Origin: Candidatus Nanohaloarchaea archaeon
Lineage (GTDB): Archaea; Nanohalarchaeota; Nanosalinia; Nanosalinales; Nanosalinaceae
DNA: 64,000 nt
NCBI GenBank assembly: GCA_014297435.1
Contig: JACOQA010000003.1
Location: 96,001-160,000, forward strand
Reading direction: 5' to 3'
Shown here: piece after piece, positions 1 through 9,308 of the stretch
Numbering within the stretch: the stretch's first letter is position 1
Layout of the letters: every line of letters starts with the position of its first letter
Made by a program: the position numbers and the translations under genes
Notes under the pieces: model-generated
Told to the model about the DNA's origin: nothing
The model's input: the letters and a program-made list of their open reading frames with translations, nothing else
Databases searched by the model: none

Positions 1-324
1 GAGTATCTCTCCGAAGACACAAGAGAACTCGAACCCAGACTTGAACTAAGGGTGAATCCGTCATCAATACAGTACTATCTTGAGCCCGGCGATGTAGGAC
101 AGATAAAGAGAAATATTGATGGCGAGATACGAGTTAATGGAGATTCCTACCCTGTCAACGTCAGATTTGAATCCGAGATGTATGAAGGAGAGATGGACGT
201 ATTTGTGTATTCAAACTTCCAGGATCCTCGGATAGAAGCCCTTGCAGGAGAATCAGCGACCGTCAAAATGGATGAAAATCCTGTAGAAAATGTTTTCAAC
301 CCTCAGAAAAACATGGCGTTCTAA
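1..324 (+). CDS. Hypothetical acidic protein, 5'-truncated by window edge
   Basis: Frame of ORF 52..324 is open back to base 1; acidic composition typical of this genome. Confidence 0.6.
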   Translation, partial: EYLSEDTRELEPRLELRVNPSSIQYYLEPGDVGQIKRNIDGEIRVNGDSYPVNVRFESEMYEGEMDVFVYSNFQDPRIEALAGESATVKMDENPVENVFNPQKNMAF

Positions 325-866
325 GGAGTAACACGGTCAACCTCGTAGTAGGTGACCTGTCTTTCGGAGTCTACTACCGCCCACATCATCGTCGCCCTGA
401 TATTTTGAGCTAAACGCACAGCTCGGGACATCTCCTGATAAGCCTGGTTATAATTTTCGGGAACCGCATTAACAATCCACTTCGTATGTTCCCTATCCTC
501 CTTCGGACCATCCTTGTAAGGGTTAACGCCTCTAGGATAGACTCTGAAGTGGGCGCCAAACTTGAACCCCGTCTTTACAATATAGCCTCTTTCCCTAAGA
601 TCAGAGTAGACAGCATACTTTTGATCGAAATCATCGTCCATGCCGGAAAACTTCTGGAACATACTCTCACGACCCATAACCTCGTTATCGGAATCAACTA
701 CCTCAAGTTCTTCACGGTCCACAAGATGCAATGCTTCAACTAGAGAAAGCTCTAGGTAATCATCGTCAATATATTTTCCGTAGTAGAACTCGGAATGAAC
801 TGTTTCTGCATCTTCTTCATCCCAGACCTTTACTTTTGCGTCCGATAGTTTTCCTTCAGCAGTCAT
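321..866 (-). CDS. endA: tRNA-splicing endonuclease (single-unit, alpha4-type size)
   Basis: LSLVEALHL, VYSDLRERGYIVKTGFKFGAHFRVY, catalytic His region; likely ATG at 866. Confidence 0.92.
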   Translation of the reverse strand: MTAEGKLSDAKVKVWDEEDAETVHSEFYYGKYIDDDYLELSLVEALHLVDREELEVVDSDNEVMGRESMFQKFSGMDDDFDQKYAVYSDLRERGYIVKTGFKFGAHFRVYPRGVNPYKDGPKEDREHTKWIVNAVPENYNQAYQEMSRAVRLAQNIRATMMWAVVDSERQVTYYEVDRVTP

Positions 867-892
867 ACCACAAAAGAAGTTTGGACAGTCTT

Positions 893-1453
893 TTAACTCA
901 GCGGGTTCTCCCACTCGAAGCTGTGATCGTAAACTTCGTCCACTGCTTTGGAAACAACAGGATAAATTTTTCCTGACTCTAACCCTGTTTCCTCTGTTAC
1001 ATACCAGGAAGGATCCACTCGATTCTTAGTCTCTATGTAAATTTCAGAACTGTCGAAATCCCACCCATAGTTCTTGTTATCCATAAAGTAAAGTACATCG
1101 GTCAGTTCTGGCACTCTGACCTCCCTACCATCAATATTTACCTTTGAATTATTCTGAAGTTCTCCAGGCTCTAGTCTGTCCCATTTCTTCTCTCTACTTT
1201 GCTCTTTAGGGACATAGGCTTCGATTGTTTCGATTTCGCCTTCAAAACCATCGACGTGATCCACAAATTCCTTTACATTTCTTTCAGTCTCCCAGAAGAA
1301 TCTGTACACCGGCTCCCCGCCAAACTCCTTGGTTTTAACCGCTTCTATACTGAAAGGATCCGATTCTACTTCAACTATGAAATTTTCTCCGTTTTCATCG
1401 ATCCTGTCAGTCTTACGTTTATCGACCTCAAGTTCAGATTCTCGGATAGACAC
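893..1453 (-). CDS. Hypothetical acidic protein
   Basis: 186-aa ORF with host-like composition; no motif recognised. Confidence 0.65.
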   Translation of the reverse strand: MSIRESELEVDKRKTDRIDENGENFIVEVESDPFSIEAVKTKEFGGEPVYRFFWETERNVKEFVDHVDGFEGEIETIEAYVPKEQSREKKWDRLEPGELQNNSKVNIDGREVRVPELTDVLYFMDNKNYGWDFDSSEIYIETKNRVDPSWYVTEETGLESGKIYPVVSKAVDEVYDHSFEWENPLS

Positions 1454-1514
1454 AACACTACTATTACAGCTTAACAGTTATAATGTAGCACCCTATACGA
1501 CATGTAAAGCCTGA

Positions 1515-2174
1515 TTAGAAACTGTCAAGACCGCTTTGATCGGCTTCCTTAAGTATTCTCTCAGCAGTGCTCCATGACTCTCTCGTCTCCTCAGGCAGCT
1601 GCCCTTTCTCATCGACAAATTTCTCCAGGAAATTGATCGTTGGTTTGTCGTGGGGATAGCCCGACTTGAAATCGTAACCATACTTCGACTTCAACTCATC
1701 TACATGGTTTTCCCTAGCTGATTTTGCGATGATTGATGCTGCGGAAACAATCGGAAAGTTATCGTCCGCTTCATGTTCAGCAGTAAAGTCACGATCCTGG
1801 AAACGTGAAGGTAATTCTTTCTTCATCTTTCTGATGAAACGATCGCCGTCGGGTTCAGGAAGATCAACAATTATCTTATCCGCATCCGACCGTTCTATAA
1901 CATCTGTAAACCCTTGGATCTCTATCTCGTTTAACGACATTAACTCACGAAGCTCATCGATCTCAGACGCAGTTATCTCTTTAAGAAAAGGTTCTCCCAT
2001 CTCTCTAAGTTCTTCGGCGAGACGCTCTCTCTTTTTATCGCTAAGTTTCTTCGAGTCTTTGACTCCTATGTTCTCTACCTCTTCCAGTTTTTCTTCTTCG
2101 ACCATGAAGCCGCCGATAAACATCGATCCGATGACCGGACCTCTTCCTGCCTCATCAACCCCTAGAACTTTCAT
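1515..2174 (-). CDS. rnhB: Ribonuclease HII
   Basis: GVDEAGRGPVIG, DSKKL, VSAASIIAK, SGYPHD motifs; C-terminal PIP-box-like QSGLDSF. Confidence 0.96.
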   Translation of the reverse strand: MKVLGVDEAGRGPVIGSMFIGGFMVEEEKLEEVENIGVKDSKKLSDKKRERLAEELREMGEPFLKEITASEIDELRELMSLNEIEIQGFTDVIERSDADKIIVDLPEPDGDRFIRKMKKELPSRFQDRDFTAEHEADDNFPIVSAASIIAKSARENHVDELKSKYGYDFKSGYPHDKPTINFLEKFVDEKGQLPEETRESWSTAERILKEADQSGLDSF

Positions 2175-2291
2175 AGAACATTTTCGGTCACCATAGCTTT
2201 TAGACTTACCTGAACAGAACACTAGATAGGAAGGATTTCAACAGGGCTGTCATACTTTAAAAGATTCACCTGCTCTATTTTCTTTAGAGAC

Positions 2292-2366
2292 AGCGGGGTG
2301 GAGCAGCCAGGAGTGCTCGTCGGGCTCATAACCCGGAGGTCGCTCGTTCAAATCGAGCCCCCGCTA
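2292..2366 (+). tRNA. Initiator tRNA-Met (CAT)
   Basis: Cloverleaf AGCGGGG...CCCCGCT-A with A1-U72, three consecutive G-C pairs in anticodon stem, CAT anticodon, GTTCAAATC; no CCA encoded. Confidence 0.95.
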
Positions 2367-2374
2367 TTAATCGT

Positions 2375-2924
2375 TTACTTGACTTTAGGCTTCTTCTCAG
2401 CTATCCTAAGGATATCAGGATAATCATCAACGCCAGAGATAGTAAGATAGTGTGAATCATCGCAATTTGGACCAGTGGTATTTGCTTCTACGTCGAGCTC
2501 GTTGAGAAGCTTCCTAACGCCTTCGAGCCCTCTTCTGTTCATGGACTTGACCCTCAACCTGTTATATTGGGGTTCGTAGTGACCTTCATCCCTGATGAAG
2601 GCTCTTAACCACTCAATCTTCTTATCCGCCAGTTCAAAGATTCTTGAACCCACAATCCATTTGTCGGACGAGAATTCGCCGACCTTTCGTTGGAGTTCTT
2701 CTACAATTGGGATCGATTTGACTTTTTACCTCCTCTTCATACCGATACATATCGACATCAAAAATTTTGTTCATATCCTCACGGAACTCTCTCAGATTTT
2801 CATCTACCACATTTGTGTAAACCACTATGGCTCTTCTGTTACAATCTCTTTCATTTGTCTCATAGAATGAAGCGTAACCGTCTCCCCAGAGCCTTGCATG
2901 TATTCTTACCAAAGCCGTTTTCAT
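2375..2924 (-). pseudogene. Free-standing LAGLIDADG-family endonuclease-like gene, frameshifted
   Basis: Two motif halves (ARLWGDG; LRAFIRDEG) in ORFs 2634..2945 and 2375..2653; removing one base from the T-run at 2723-2727 joins them into one ~182-aa frame (..EVKVKSIPIVEELQRKVGEFSSDKWIVGSRIF..). Confidence 0.75.
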
Positions 2925-3241
2925 AACTAGAATAAGGAGGGACAATTACTCTTACTTTTAATCCGCAGAGTTCCGGCAATTCCGTTAGATATCTGTTCTT
3001 TATAGCTTGATTACGTTTTAAACAATTTTTAAAGATTTATTCGTTTGAATAAATTTACAAACAATTCTATATAGGCATAAAATCACGAAAAAACACTTTC
3101 ACCTATTCTCGATTGTCGGTGAACATTCCGGATGTTTCTGGATTCCGATCCGTTAACTTAAATAAGGTTGTTAGTTTTTGTATTCATGTTAGGACACTGG
3201 GGAGTGTTGTATCAAATGGCGGAAAGGTCGTAAATACAAAA

Positions 3242-3595
3242 ATGAAGAAACTCGGAAACGTCTTGATCGAAGTAATGCAGGACCTCTCTAGAGTCTCGAC
3301 TAACGGAGAGGCGACCGTCAAAGTCAACAGAACCATGTGCTCACCGGAAAGATTCGAACAGCTCTTCAACTACTTCTCGAAAGGAACGATACTAGAAAGA
3401 ATCAACCTCAACGTCCAACCGATGGACTCCAAACTTGAATGCGGTTGCGGATACGCCGAGGTTATCGATGAAGAACATAATGGATACGATCGCTGTCCGC
3501 AATGCGGAAGGTTCGCCGACATTAAAGACACCGACTATCAGCTTGTTGATCCTCACCCTGAGAAGGCGATGGAACGCAAAAGCATCCGATTCTGA
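3242..3595 (+). CDS. HypA/HybF-like zinc-ribbon protein lacking the N-terminal MHE motif
   Basis: PERFEQLFNYFSKGTILE, CxC and CPQCG, ~117 aa from ATG 3242. Confidence 0.65.
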   Translation: MKKLGNVLIEVMQDLSRVSTNGEATVKVNRTMCSPERFEQLFNYFSKGTILERINLNVQPMDSKLECGCGYAEVIDEEHNGYDRCPQCGRFADIKDTDYQLVDPHPEKAMERKSIRF

Positions 3596-3843
3596 GAAGA
3601 GTTTAAAACTATTCGTTTCTCTATATTGTTTATGCTTTCGGCGATTAACATGAAAGTTTCTTGGATGACCGGGAGCATGACTGCTATCGTTTCGATTATT
3701 ATGCCGATCAACTAAGCTTTCTTTTGATCGGCCTCGTTGATTTTTCTGAATTTCGAGGTTGATACCAAAATGAAAACTAGAACACTACAACGCAACGCCG
3801 TACATAAAAAATCTAAGAAAAATCCCGATAAGGAGAGCTATCA

Positions 3844-4152
3844 ATGTCGCTAAGACAAGAAACACAAGAGAGTTATGTTAGACCTCTGGATCTCCAAGTC
3901 GATATAGACCAAACAGATTACGATGAACTGAAAGAATACGGAGGTTCCGAGGTACGTGATATCGCAGGTACTGAAGCAGTCGATCTTTATTCAGGGGATG
4001 ACTGGACCGATGCAGAGCTTACTGCGAGAGCTATAAATCTTGATGATGGCGCCTATATCCTTTCTGTCACCGAACACCAGGCAGATAGCTATACAGATTT
4101 AGAAGAGCTTGGACCTGTAGAAGATATCCTAGAAGGAAAAGGTTTGCCTTAA
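3844..4152 (+). CDS. Hypothetical acidic protein
   Basis: 102-aa ORF, AGGAG upstream, T-rich 3' flank. Confidence 0.65.
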   Translation: MSLRQETQESYVRPLDLQVDIDQTDYDELKEYGGSEVRDIAGTEAVDLYSGDDWTDAELTARAINLDDGAYILSVTEHQADSYTDLEELGPVEDILEGKGLP

Positions 4153-4187
4153 AAAATTTCTTTCTTCTCTTTCAATTGTACCGGCAT

Positions 4188-4261
4188 GGGCCGGTAGCTC
4201 AGTCTGGCAGAGCGCTTGGCTCTTAACCAAGTGGTCGCGGGTTCAAATCCCGTCTGGCCCA
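4188..4261 (+). tRNA. tRNA-Lys (CTT)
   Basis: GGGCCGG acceptor stem, CTTGG-CT-CTT-AA-CCAAG anticodon arm, GGTTCAAATCC. Confidence 0.95.
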
Positions 4262-4681
4262 AAATCATTCTCCAATCAAATTCTGGATAGAAACCGACCT
4301 ATGATACATGTGATATATTAATCTAGATCGACCTTCTTCGAAGCCGCGAAGAAACTAACGGAATATCTATCTGGTTATTCGGTTCCTCCAACACTTATAC
4401 TTTCGGACATGAAGCACATCAGGACGATGACGATACAAAGTTCAAGGTTCTCTACCTGATAAATGAGACTTCCGAAAATCCAATTTCTCTGCAAAAGAGT
4501 ATCTCACCGGACCTTTCGCCCAGCCAATCGAACTTAAAGAAAACCGATTCAATGACTTGGAAGATACCTATCTTTATGCTGAAGGAATAGTCCGTTCAGA
4601 AGATTCAGATCCTGATACTTTAGAGAGATTGCTTGAAAAATAAAACGGGAACTAAAAAACTTTGAAAAGCCAAAAATTAGT

Positions 4682-5146
4682 ATGTCGGATTGGACAGAGG
4701 CAACGCTTCTTTTCATAGTTGAAGATGGAGAAATATTGCTTATCGAGAAGAAGCGAGGTCATGGAAAAGGCTTCTTCAACGGTCCTGGAGGCAAGGTTGA
4801 AAATGATGAGACTATAGGACAGGCAGCCGTACGGGAGACAGAGGAAGAGACAGGTTTGAAACCTTTGAAAGTAAAGAAGATGGCGGTTCTCGAGTTCTAT
4901 TTCGGCGAGGATCCTTTCCAACGTGTGCATGTCTTCAAAACAGATATCTTTGAAGGCGAACTTTCCGAATCCGAAGAGGCTCGACCAGAATGGTTCAAGC
5001 TTGAAGAGATTCCCTACAACAACATGTGGCCTGATGACAAGTACTGGCTGCCCAAAATTCTTAATGGAGAACAGTTCAAGGCTGTTTTTGAATTTGACGA
5101 AGATGGAGATGAAATACTTGATTATGAATTCAATCAAGGAATCTAG
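4682..5146 (+). CDS. NUDIX hydrolase, MutT/8-oxo-dGTPase-like
   Basis: Nudix box GGKVENDETIGQAAVRETEEETG; MWPDD motif. Confidence 0.92.
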   Translation: MSDWTEATLLFIVEDGEILLIEKKRGHGKGFFNGPGGKVENDETIGQAAVRETEEETGLKPLKVKKMAVLEFYFGEDPFQRVHVFKTDIFEGELSESEEARPEWFKLEEIPYNNMWPDDKYWLPKILNGEQFKAVFEFDEDGDEILDYEFNQGI

Positions 5147-5164
5147 ATTATACAGAAATTTGGA

Positions 5165-7093
5165 TTAAGGGAAACCTATTACCTCTGTCTCGTACTCTCC
5201 GCCTTCACCTGCAGCGTTGAATCCATACTCTTGGGAGAGTTCGATTAACTCTTTTACAGATTCTTGATCCAACTTCGTTCCCTCCCAAGAATCTTCCAAT
5301 CCTCTTGCAGCTACACGAGTAATCTTCACCTCGAAGCCTTCTCTAATCAACCACTTCATGTATCTTTCCTGATTTTCTTGCCAAAGTGGAGCGAAAACTT
5401 TCAAGCCAAGTTTTTCAGCAATTTTTTCCACGCGGTCACGCTGGTAAGTTGATTCTATGGCTCCAGCGACAACACCCTCAACTCCGAACTCATTCTTCGC
5501 TTTTCTCAAACCTTCCTCAAGATCATCCAGTTCTTTCTCTTTCTCACCTTCAGTCTTCTGAACGATAAGAGGCGCACCTATCTTCTCAGTCTGTCTTTCA
5601 ATCGAAGATTTCTCTTTCCTTGAGTCGAACATGTAGCTATCCTTATTACTCGATCTCAATGTTAGCAGACAAGAGAATTCGTTGTTTCTCCTCTTCATCC
5701 TGTAAATTGCGGCGTTCGAATCCTTTCCTCCGGAAGTTAGACCTACGAGCCTTCTGTTCGGTTTGTCTCTAAAGGAGTTTAGATATTCCTGTTTGTGGTC
5801 GAAGCCCCTCTCTTTTGAAAGGCGCGATATTGCTTTGTCGAAGTTTGAGCCGTATTGTGCAGCCGTCTTCTTTCGCCAAGCCACTTTTTCCGGAACTCCT
5901 AATTTCTCAGCGGCTTTACGCAAAACATACTTCCTGTAATCATCCTTTACTTTGTAATCTTCCGGTAAAGTCAAAGCATGTCTAATTAGTTCGTGATCGA
6001 GGAATGGAAGCCTCAGCTCATAACCGTTCCTAAGACTGACTACATTGTCCCTGTATAGATCGCCTTCAAAAATTCTTCTCAGCCCTGATAGACACTCCTT
6101 GTTGAGGTAGCCCTGTTGTCTGTGGTAGCCGGCGTAGAGCTGTTCAGAGCCGAGACCAGACATAACTACTTTTTCTTCGCCATTCAGAGCAAAATGAAAC
6201 GGAAGTGCGACACCGTTCTTTACTACTGATGTTGAAGATATCCAGTCCGAGATTTTGGGAAGAGCTTTCTCAACTTCATTTAGATCAGCCTCGTAGCTTT
6301 CAACCTCGAGTCCCATGTCTTCGGCGATCTCTTCCGCCCACTCCATGTCTCTCGGTGCATTGACATTTCCGTGCTGTATTCCTGCAGTATAGGCTTTGAA
6401 ATCTTTACCTAGTTCCTGTAAAGTTGCTGCGATCAAGGTTGAGTCGACTCCTCCGGAGAAAAGCAGTCCTAAATCTCCTTCTGGAATCCTTTTCTCAACC
6501 GCTTCCAAGAATTTTTGTTTTATCTCTTCGGCGGCATCTTCGATATCTTTCCGCTCTTCAACATCTATCTCAAAGAACTCTCTCTGCTCAAAGGCGATCT
6601 CCTCTGTCTCTATATTATATTTTAGTATTTGTCTTGGATGGAGTTCGCGGGCTTCTAAACCCTGTTTCTCGAGAGCCTGTTTTTCAGAAGCAAATACGAA
6701 AGGCTCCTTTGAATACCAGATAGGGTTCACTCCTAACAGGTCGCGTGCCAATATTATTTCCTGGTCTTCTCTGTATGCGAATGCATAGATTCCATCTACG
6801 TCATCAAGTGCTTCAAGACCTTTTCTTTCTAGAAGTGCGTGGAGAAGCTCTGCATCGTTATCAACATCTATACCATATTCTTCCGCAAGCTCTCTCCAGT
6901 TGTAAATCTCGCAGTTAGCAGTAAGAACGCCTTCATTTTGGAGAGGTTGTTCTACTTCGCCTACTACTGAGTGAAGCACATGTCCAAGCGAGAAGTCTGC
7001 ATCGTTTAATTTGGTTGAGCTACCTCTATGACTCTGTTCTTCAATTATCTTTTCTACAGTTTCAGGATTTTCTGCTCCTGCTATTCCACACAT
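5165..7093 (-). CDS. Asparagine synthetase B-like protein fused to C-terminal diphthine-ammonia ligase (Dph6)
   Basis: N-terminal MCGI (Ntn amidotransferase), SGGVDS PP-loop and LRLPFLD; second PP-loop SGGKDS, SYMF, PLW and GEGGEYET of Dph6. Confidence 0.85.
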   Translation of the reverse strand: MCGIAGAENPETVEKIIEEQSHRGSSTKLNDADFSLGHVLHSVVGEVEQPLQNEGVLTANCEIYNWRELAEEYGIDVDNDAELLHALLERKGLEALDDVDGIYAFAYREDQEIILARDLLGVNPIWYSKEPFVFASEKQALEKQGLEARELHPRQILKYNIETEEIAFEQREFFEIDVEERKDIEDAAEEIKQKFLEAVEKRIPEGDLGLLFSGGVDSTLIAATLQELGKDFKAYTAGIQHGNVNAPRDMEWAEEIAEDMGLEVESYEADLNEVEKALPKISDWISSTSVVKNGVALPFHFALNGEEKVVMSGLGSEQLYAGYHRQQGYLNKECLSGLRRIFEGDLYRDNVVSLRNGYELRLPFLDHELIRHALTLPEDYKVKDDYRKYVLRKAAEKLGVPEKVAWRKKTAAQYGSNFDKAISRLSKERGFDHKQEYLNSFRDKPNRRLVGLTSGGKDSNAAIYRMKRRNNEFSCLLTLRSSNKDSYMFDSRKEKSSIERQTEKIGAPLIVQKTEGEKEKELDDLEEGLRKAKNEFGVEGVVAGAIESTYQRDRVEKIAEKLGLKVFAPLWQENQERYMKWLIREGFEVKITRVAARGLEDSWEGTKLDQESVKELIELSQEYGFNAAGEGGEYETEVIGFP

Positions 7094-7147
7094 AAAAACC
7101 GTTTTTCGATCGAAGATTTTTATTCGAACCTAGCAATTTCATACTAC

Positions 7148-7345
7148 ATGAAGGAAAGACTTGAACATGCACTACATGAGAACGGCGAACTCATGGTTCT
7201 AACCGACTCAGGCGAAGAGCACGAACTCCATAAACATAATTGCGAGTTCCACGACGACGGTTTTATCGAGATTGATGCTGCCGAGAAAGTTCACTGGTTA
7301 AACTGCGAGAAAATTGAACGTTACTGGATTCACAAGGAGTTTTAG
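7148..7345 (+). CDS. Small hypothetical protein (~65 aa)
   Basis: Acidic/His-rich ORF from ATG 7148. Confidence 0.65.
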   Translation: MKERLEHALHENGELMVLTDSGEEHELHKHNCEFHDDGFIEIDAAEKVHWLNCEKIERYWIHKEF

Positions 7346-8130
7346 TCCTCACTGTACTGTGCGCCGAAGTCGCTCAGACCTCTCTGGGAGTTATCGACTC
7401 CTTCGTAGCTCGCTATAACATCCTCCATATCGACCTCGACAAACTCCAGCCCTCTTTCCTCCAGGTAGTCGAGAATCTTCTCCGTCATCTTCGGTGCTAC
7501 TAAGATACCCCTAATCTCTCCAGAAAACTCTTCTTCTATCTCTTCGACGTATCTTTGAAGTTGGAGAACTGTGTTGTAGTCCGGATTTCTCTTCACCTCA
7601 ATAACCGTGTAGTTTTCGTCTTTGTCTCTGGCAAAGACATCGATGAATCCGGCAGGAGACTCTTTTTCACGCTCGACAACCTTTAAGCCCTCTTCAACGA
7701 TTCCCGGTTCTTCCTCTATCGATTCGTGTATGTCGACTTCGTGACCTCTTATCTTGAGATCGCTTTTGTCGACTAGCTGGGTTACTATAACTGTTTCGAT
7801 CTCCTCGAATCTTATTTCGACGAGTTCATCCGGATTCTTTCTCCGCGCTTCAAGGAGAAGCTCTTCGTTCTCTTCGTCTACTTCGACAGAGTATGAGTCT
7901 ACTTCAGGCTGCCAGTTTTTTGGCTGGTAGTTCTCCGGACCGTGAACAAGTAAGGCCGAGTCCTGTTTCTTGATGACAAGTCTCTCTCCTCTATCAAGCT
8001 TTGAGGATGCTCTTCCTTTATAATTGACAGAGCAAAGACCATTGACCTGTACCGTTACGTCTCTTATAAGGTATTCTTCCAGAGCTTCTTTAGCCCGTTT
8101 TAGATCGGGTTTTTCAAGGAGTTCTTTCAC
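7342..8130 (-). CDS. nucS: Mismatch endonuclease NucS/EndoMS
   Basis: Y.GRASS.L..GERLVI.K.D, PKNWQP, IDVFARD..IEVKR, QLQRY. Confidence 0.95.
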   Translation of the reverse strand: MKELLEKPDLKRAKEALEEYLIRDVTVQVNGLCSVNYKGRASSKLDRGERLVIKKQDSALLVHGPENYQPKNWQPEVDSYSVEVDEENEELLLEARRKNPDELVEIRFEEIETVIVTQLVDKSDLKIRGHEVDIHESIEEEPGIVEEGLKVVEREKESPAGFIDVFARDKDENYTVIEVKRNPDYNTVLQLQRYVEEIEEEFSGEIRGILVAPKMTEKILDYLEERGLEFVEVDMEDVIASYEGVDNSQRGLSDFGAQYSED

Positions 8131-8279
8131 AGTACATCAAAGGGTTCACCTAATAGTTATATTGGGTTTGCTGTCAGAGACCTCTTCCCTAGGAACTAGG
8201 TGTGTCGTTGAATGTTTCTTCTAACCTGTTTTGGTGTGAAGAGCTGGTTTTAAGCCAACGTTACGAATCTTCTCAACCC

Positions 8280-8951
8280 ATGGACTACAGGATCAAGGAT
8301 CTGCCCGAATCCGAACAGCCGAGACAGAAACTTCAGGACCACGGAGTAGATTCACTGACCGAGGCAGAACTCCTCTCACTAATAATAAGAACCGGCACCG
8401 AGGGCAAAAACGTTGAAGAGTTATCCTCCGAGATCCTTAGCTCATACCATATCTCGAGCTTAGCTGACAGAAAGCTTGAGGAACTGAAACAGTTCCGCGG
8501 AATTTCGGATGTAAAAGCTTCACAGGTTCTAGCAGTAGGAGAATTATCAAGAAGAATGAAGAACGAGCCCAGACAGAAGATCGACTGTCTGTCCGACCTA
8601 GAAGCACTTGTGCAGGACATGAAATATTTAGAGACAGAAGAGCTCAGGCTTTTTCTTTTATCTTCCGGCAACGAAGTCCTCGGAAAACACACCTTTGAAG
8701 GGCGTGTCGACAGCGTTAACTTCAGTTACCGGGAAATATTCAGAGAGGCTGTAAGATCAAATGCGGCAGCCGTGATAATGGCGCACAATCATCCTTCAGG
8801 CTACTCAAGACCTACTGAGAAGGACGTCAAGACAACCAAGCAGATGATTGAACTGGGCGAGAAACTTGATGTAACACTCCTGGATCATGTTATAGTAGGG
8901 GAGGATGTGTCGAGTATGAGGCGGTCGAACCGGCTCGAATTCGGAGACTGA
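8280..8951 (+). CDS. radC: RadC/UPF0758 JAB-domain protein
   Basis: IKDLP..EQPRQKL, ELLSLIIRTG, AHNHPSG..PT..D, LLDHVIV. Confidence 0.93.
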   Translation: MDYRIKDLPESEQPRQKLQDHGVDSLTEAELLSLIIRTGTEGKNVEELSSEILSSYHISSLADRKLEELKQFRGISDVKASQVLAVGELSRRMKNEPRQKIDCLSDLEALVQDMKYLETEELRLFLLSSGNEVLGKHTFEGRVDSVNFSYREIFREAVRSNAAAVIMAHNHPSGYSRPTEKDVKTTKQMIELGEKLDVTLLDHVIVGEDVSSMRRSNRLEFGD

Positions 8952-9063
8952 AGTACCTCCTTTAATACCTTTCGGATATATCCTCCCACCTATATAAAGT
9001 TTACTTAGGTCATTCTTGAACGTAGCTTCTCAAAATACGATATCTCGCGCGAGGCTTTCAAAC

Positions 9064-9300
9064 ATGGCAATGGATGTATCAGATCACGAGGCAGTTCCAC
9101 AACACAGAAAACTCGAGGAGGACGAAATTGAAGAAGTTCTCGAAAAATACGACGCAGACAGGAGCGATCTACCTAATATAGAAAGGACGGACGCTGCCTT
9201 AAAGCAGATGGACGTTGAAGTAGACGACGTCATCGAGATCGTACGTGAAAGCCCAACCGCAGGAGAGTCAGTCTACTACAGAGTTGTAGTCGAGCCGTAG
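9064..9300 (+). CDS. rpoH: RNA polymerase subunit H (Rpo5)
   Basis: H.AVPQH, LP.I...D, IVRESPTAG..YYRVV; first gene of the RNAP operon. Confidence 0.95.
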   Translation: MAMDVSDHEAVPQHRKLEEDEIEEVLEKYDADRSDLPNIERTDAALKQMDVEVDDVIEIVRESPTAGESVYYRVVVEP

Positions 9301-9308
9301 GTGACACA

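Noticed and set aside
2292-2924. LAGLIDADG ORF as a tRNA intron or intein
   Set aside because: The tRNA is complete and uninterrupted, the ORF lies outside it on the opposite strand, and no intein splicing motifs are seen
4262-4681. 420-bp gap downstream of tRNA-Lys as a second att site or gene remnant
   Set aside because: No duplicate of the tRNA-Lys 3' end noticed and no coherent reading frame; cannot support a call
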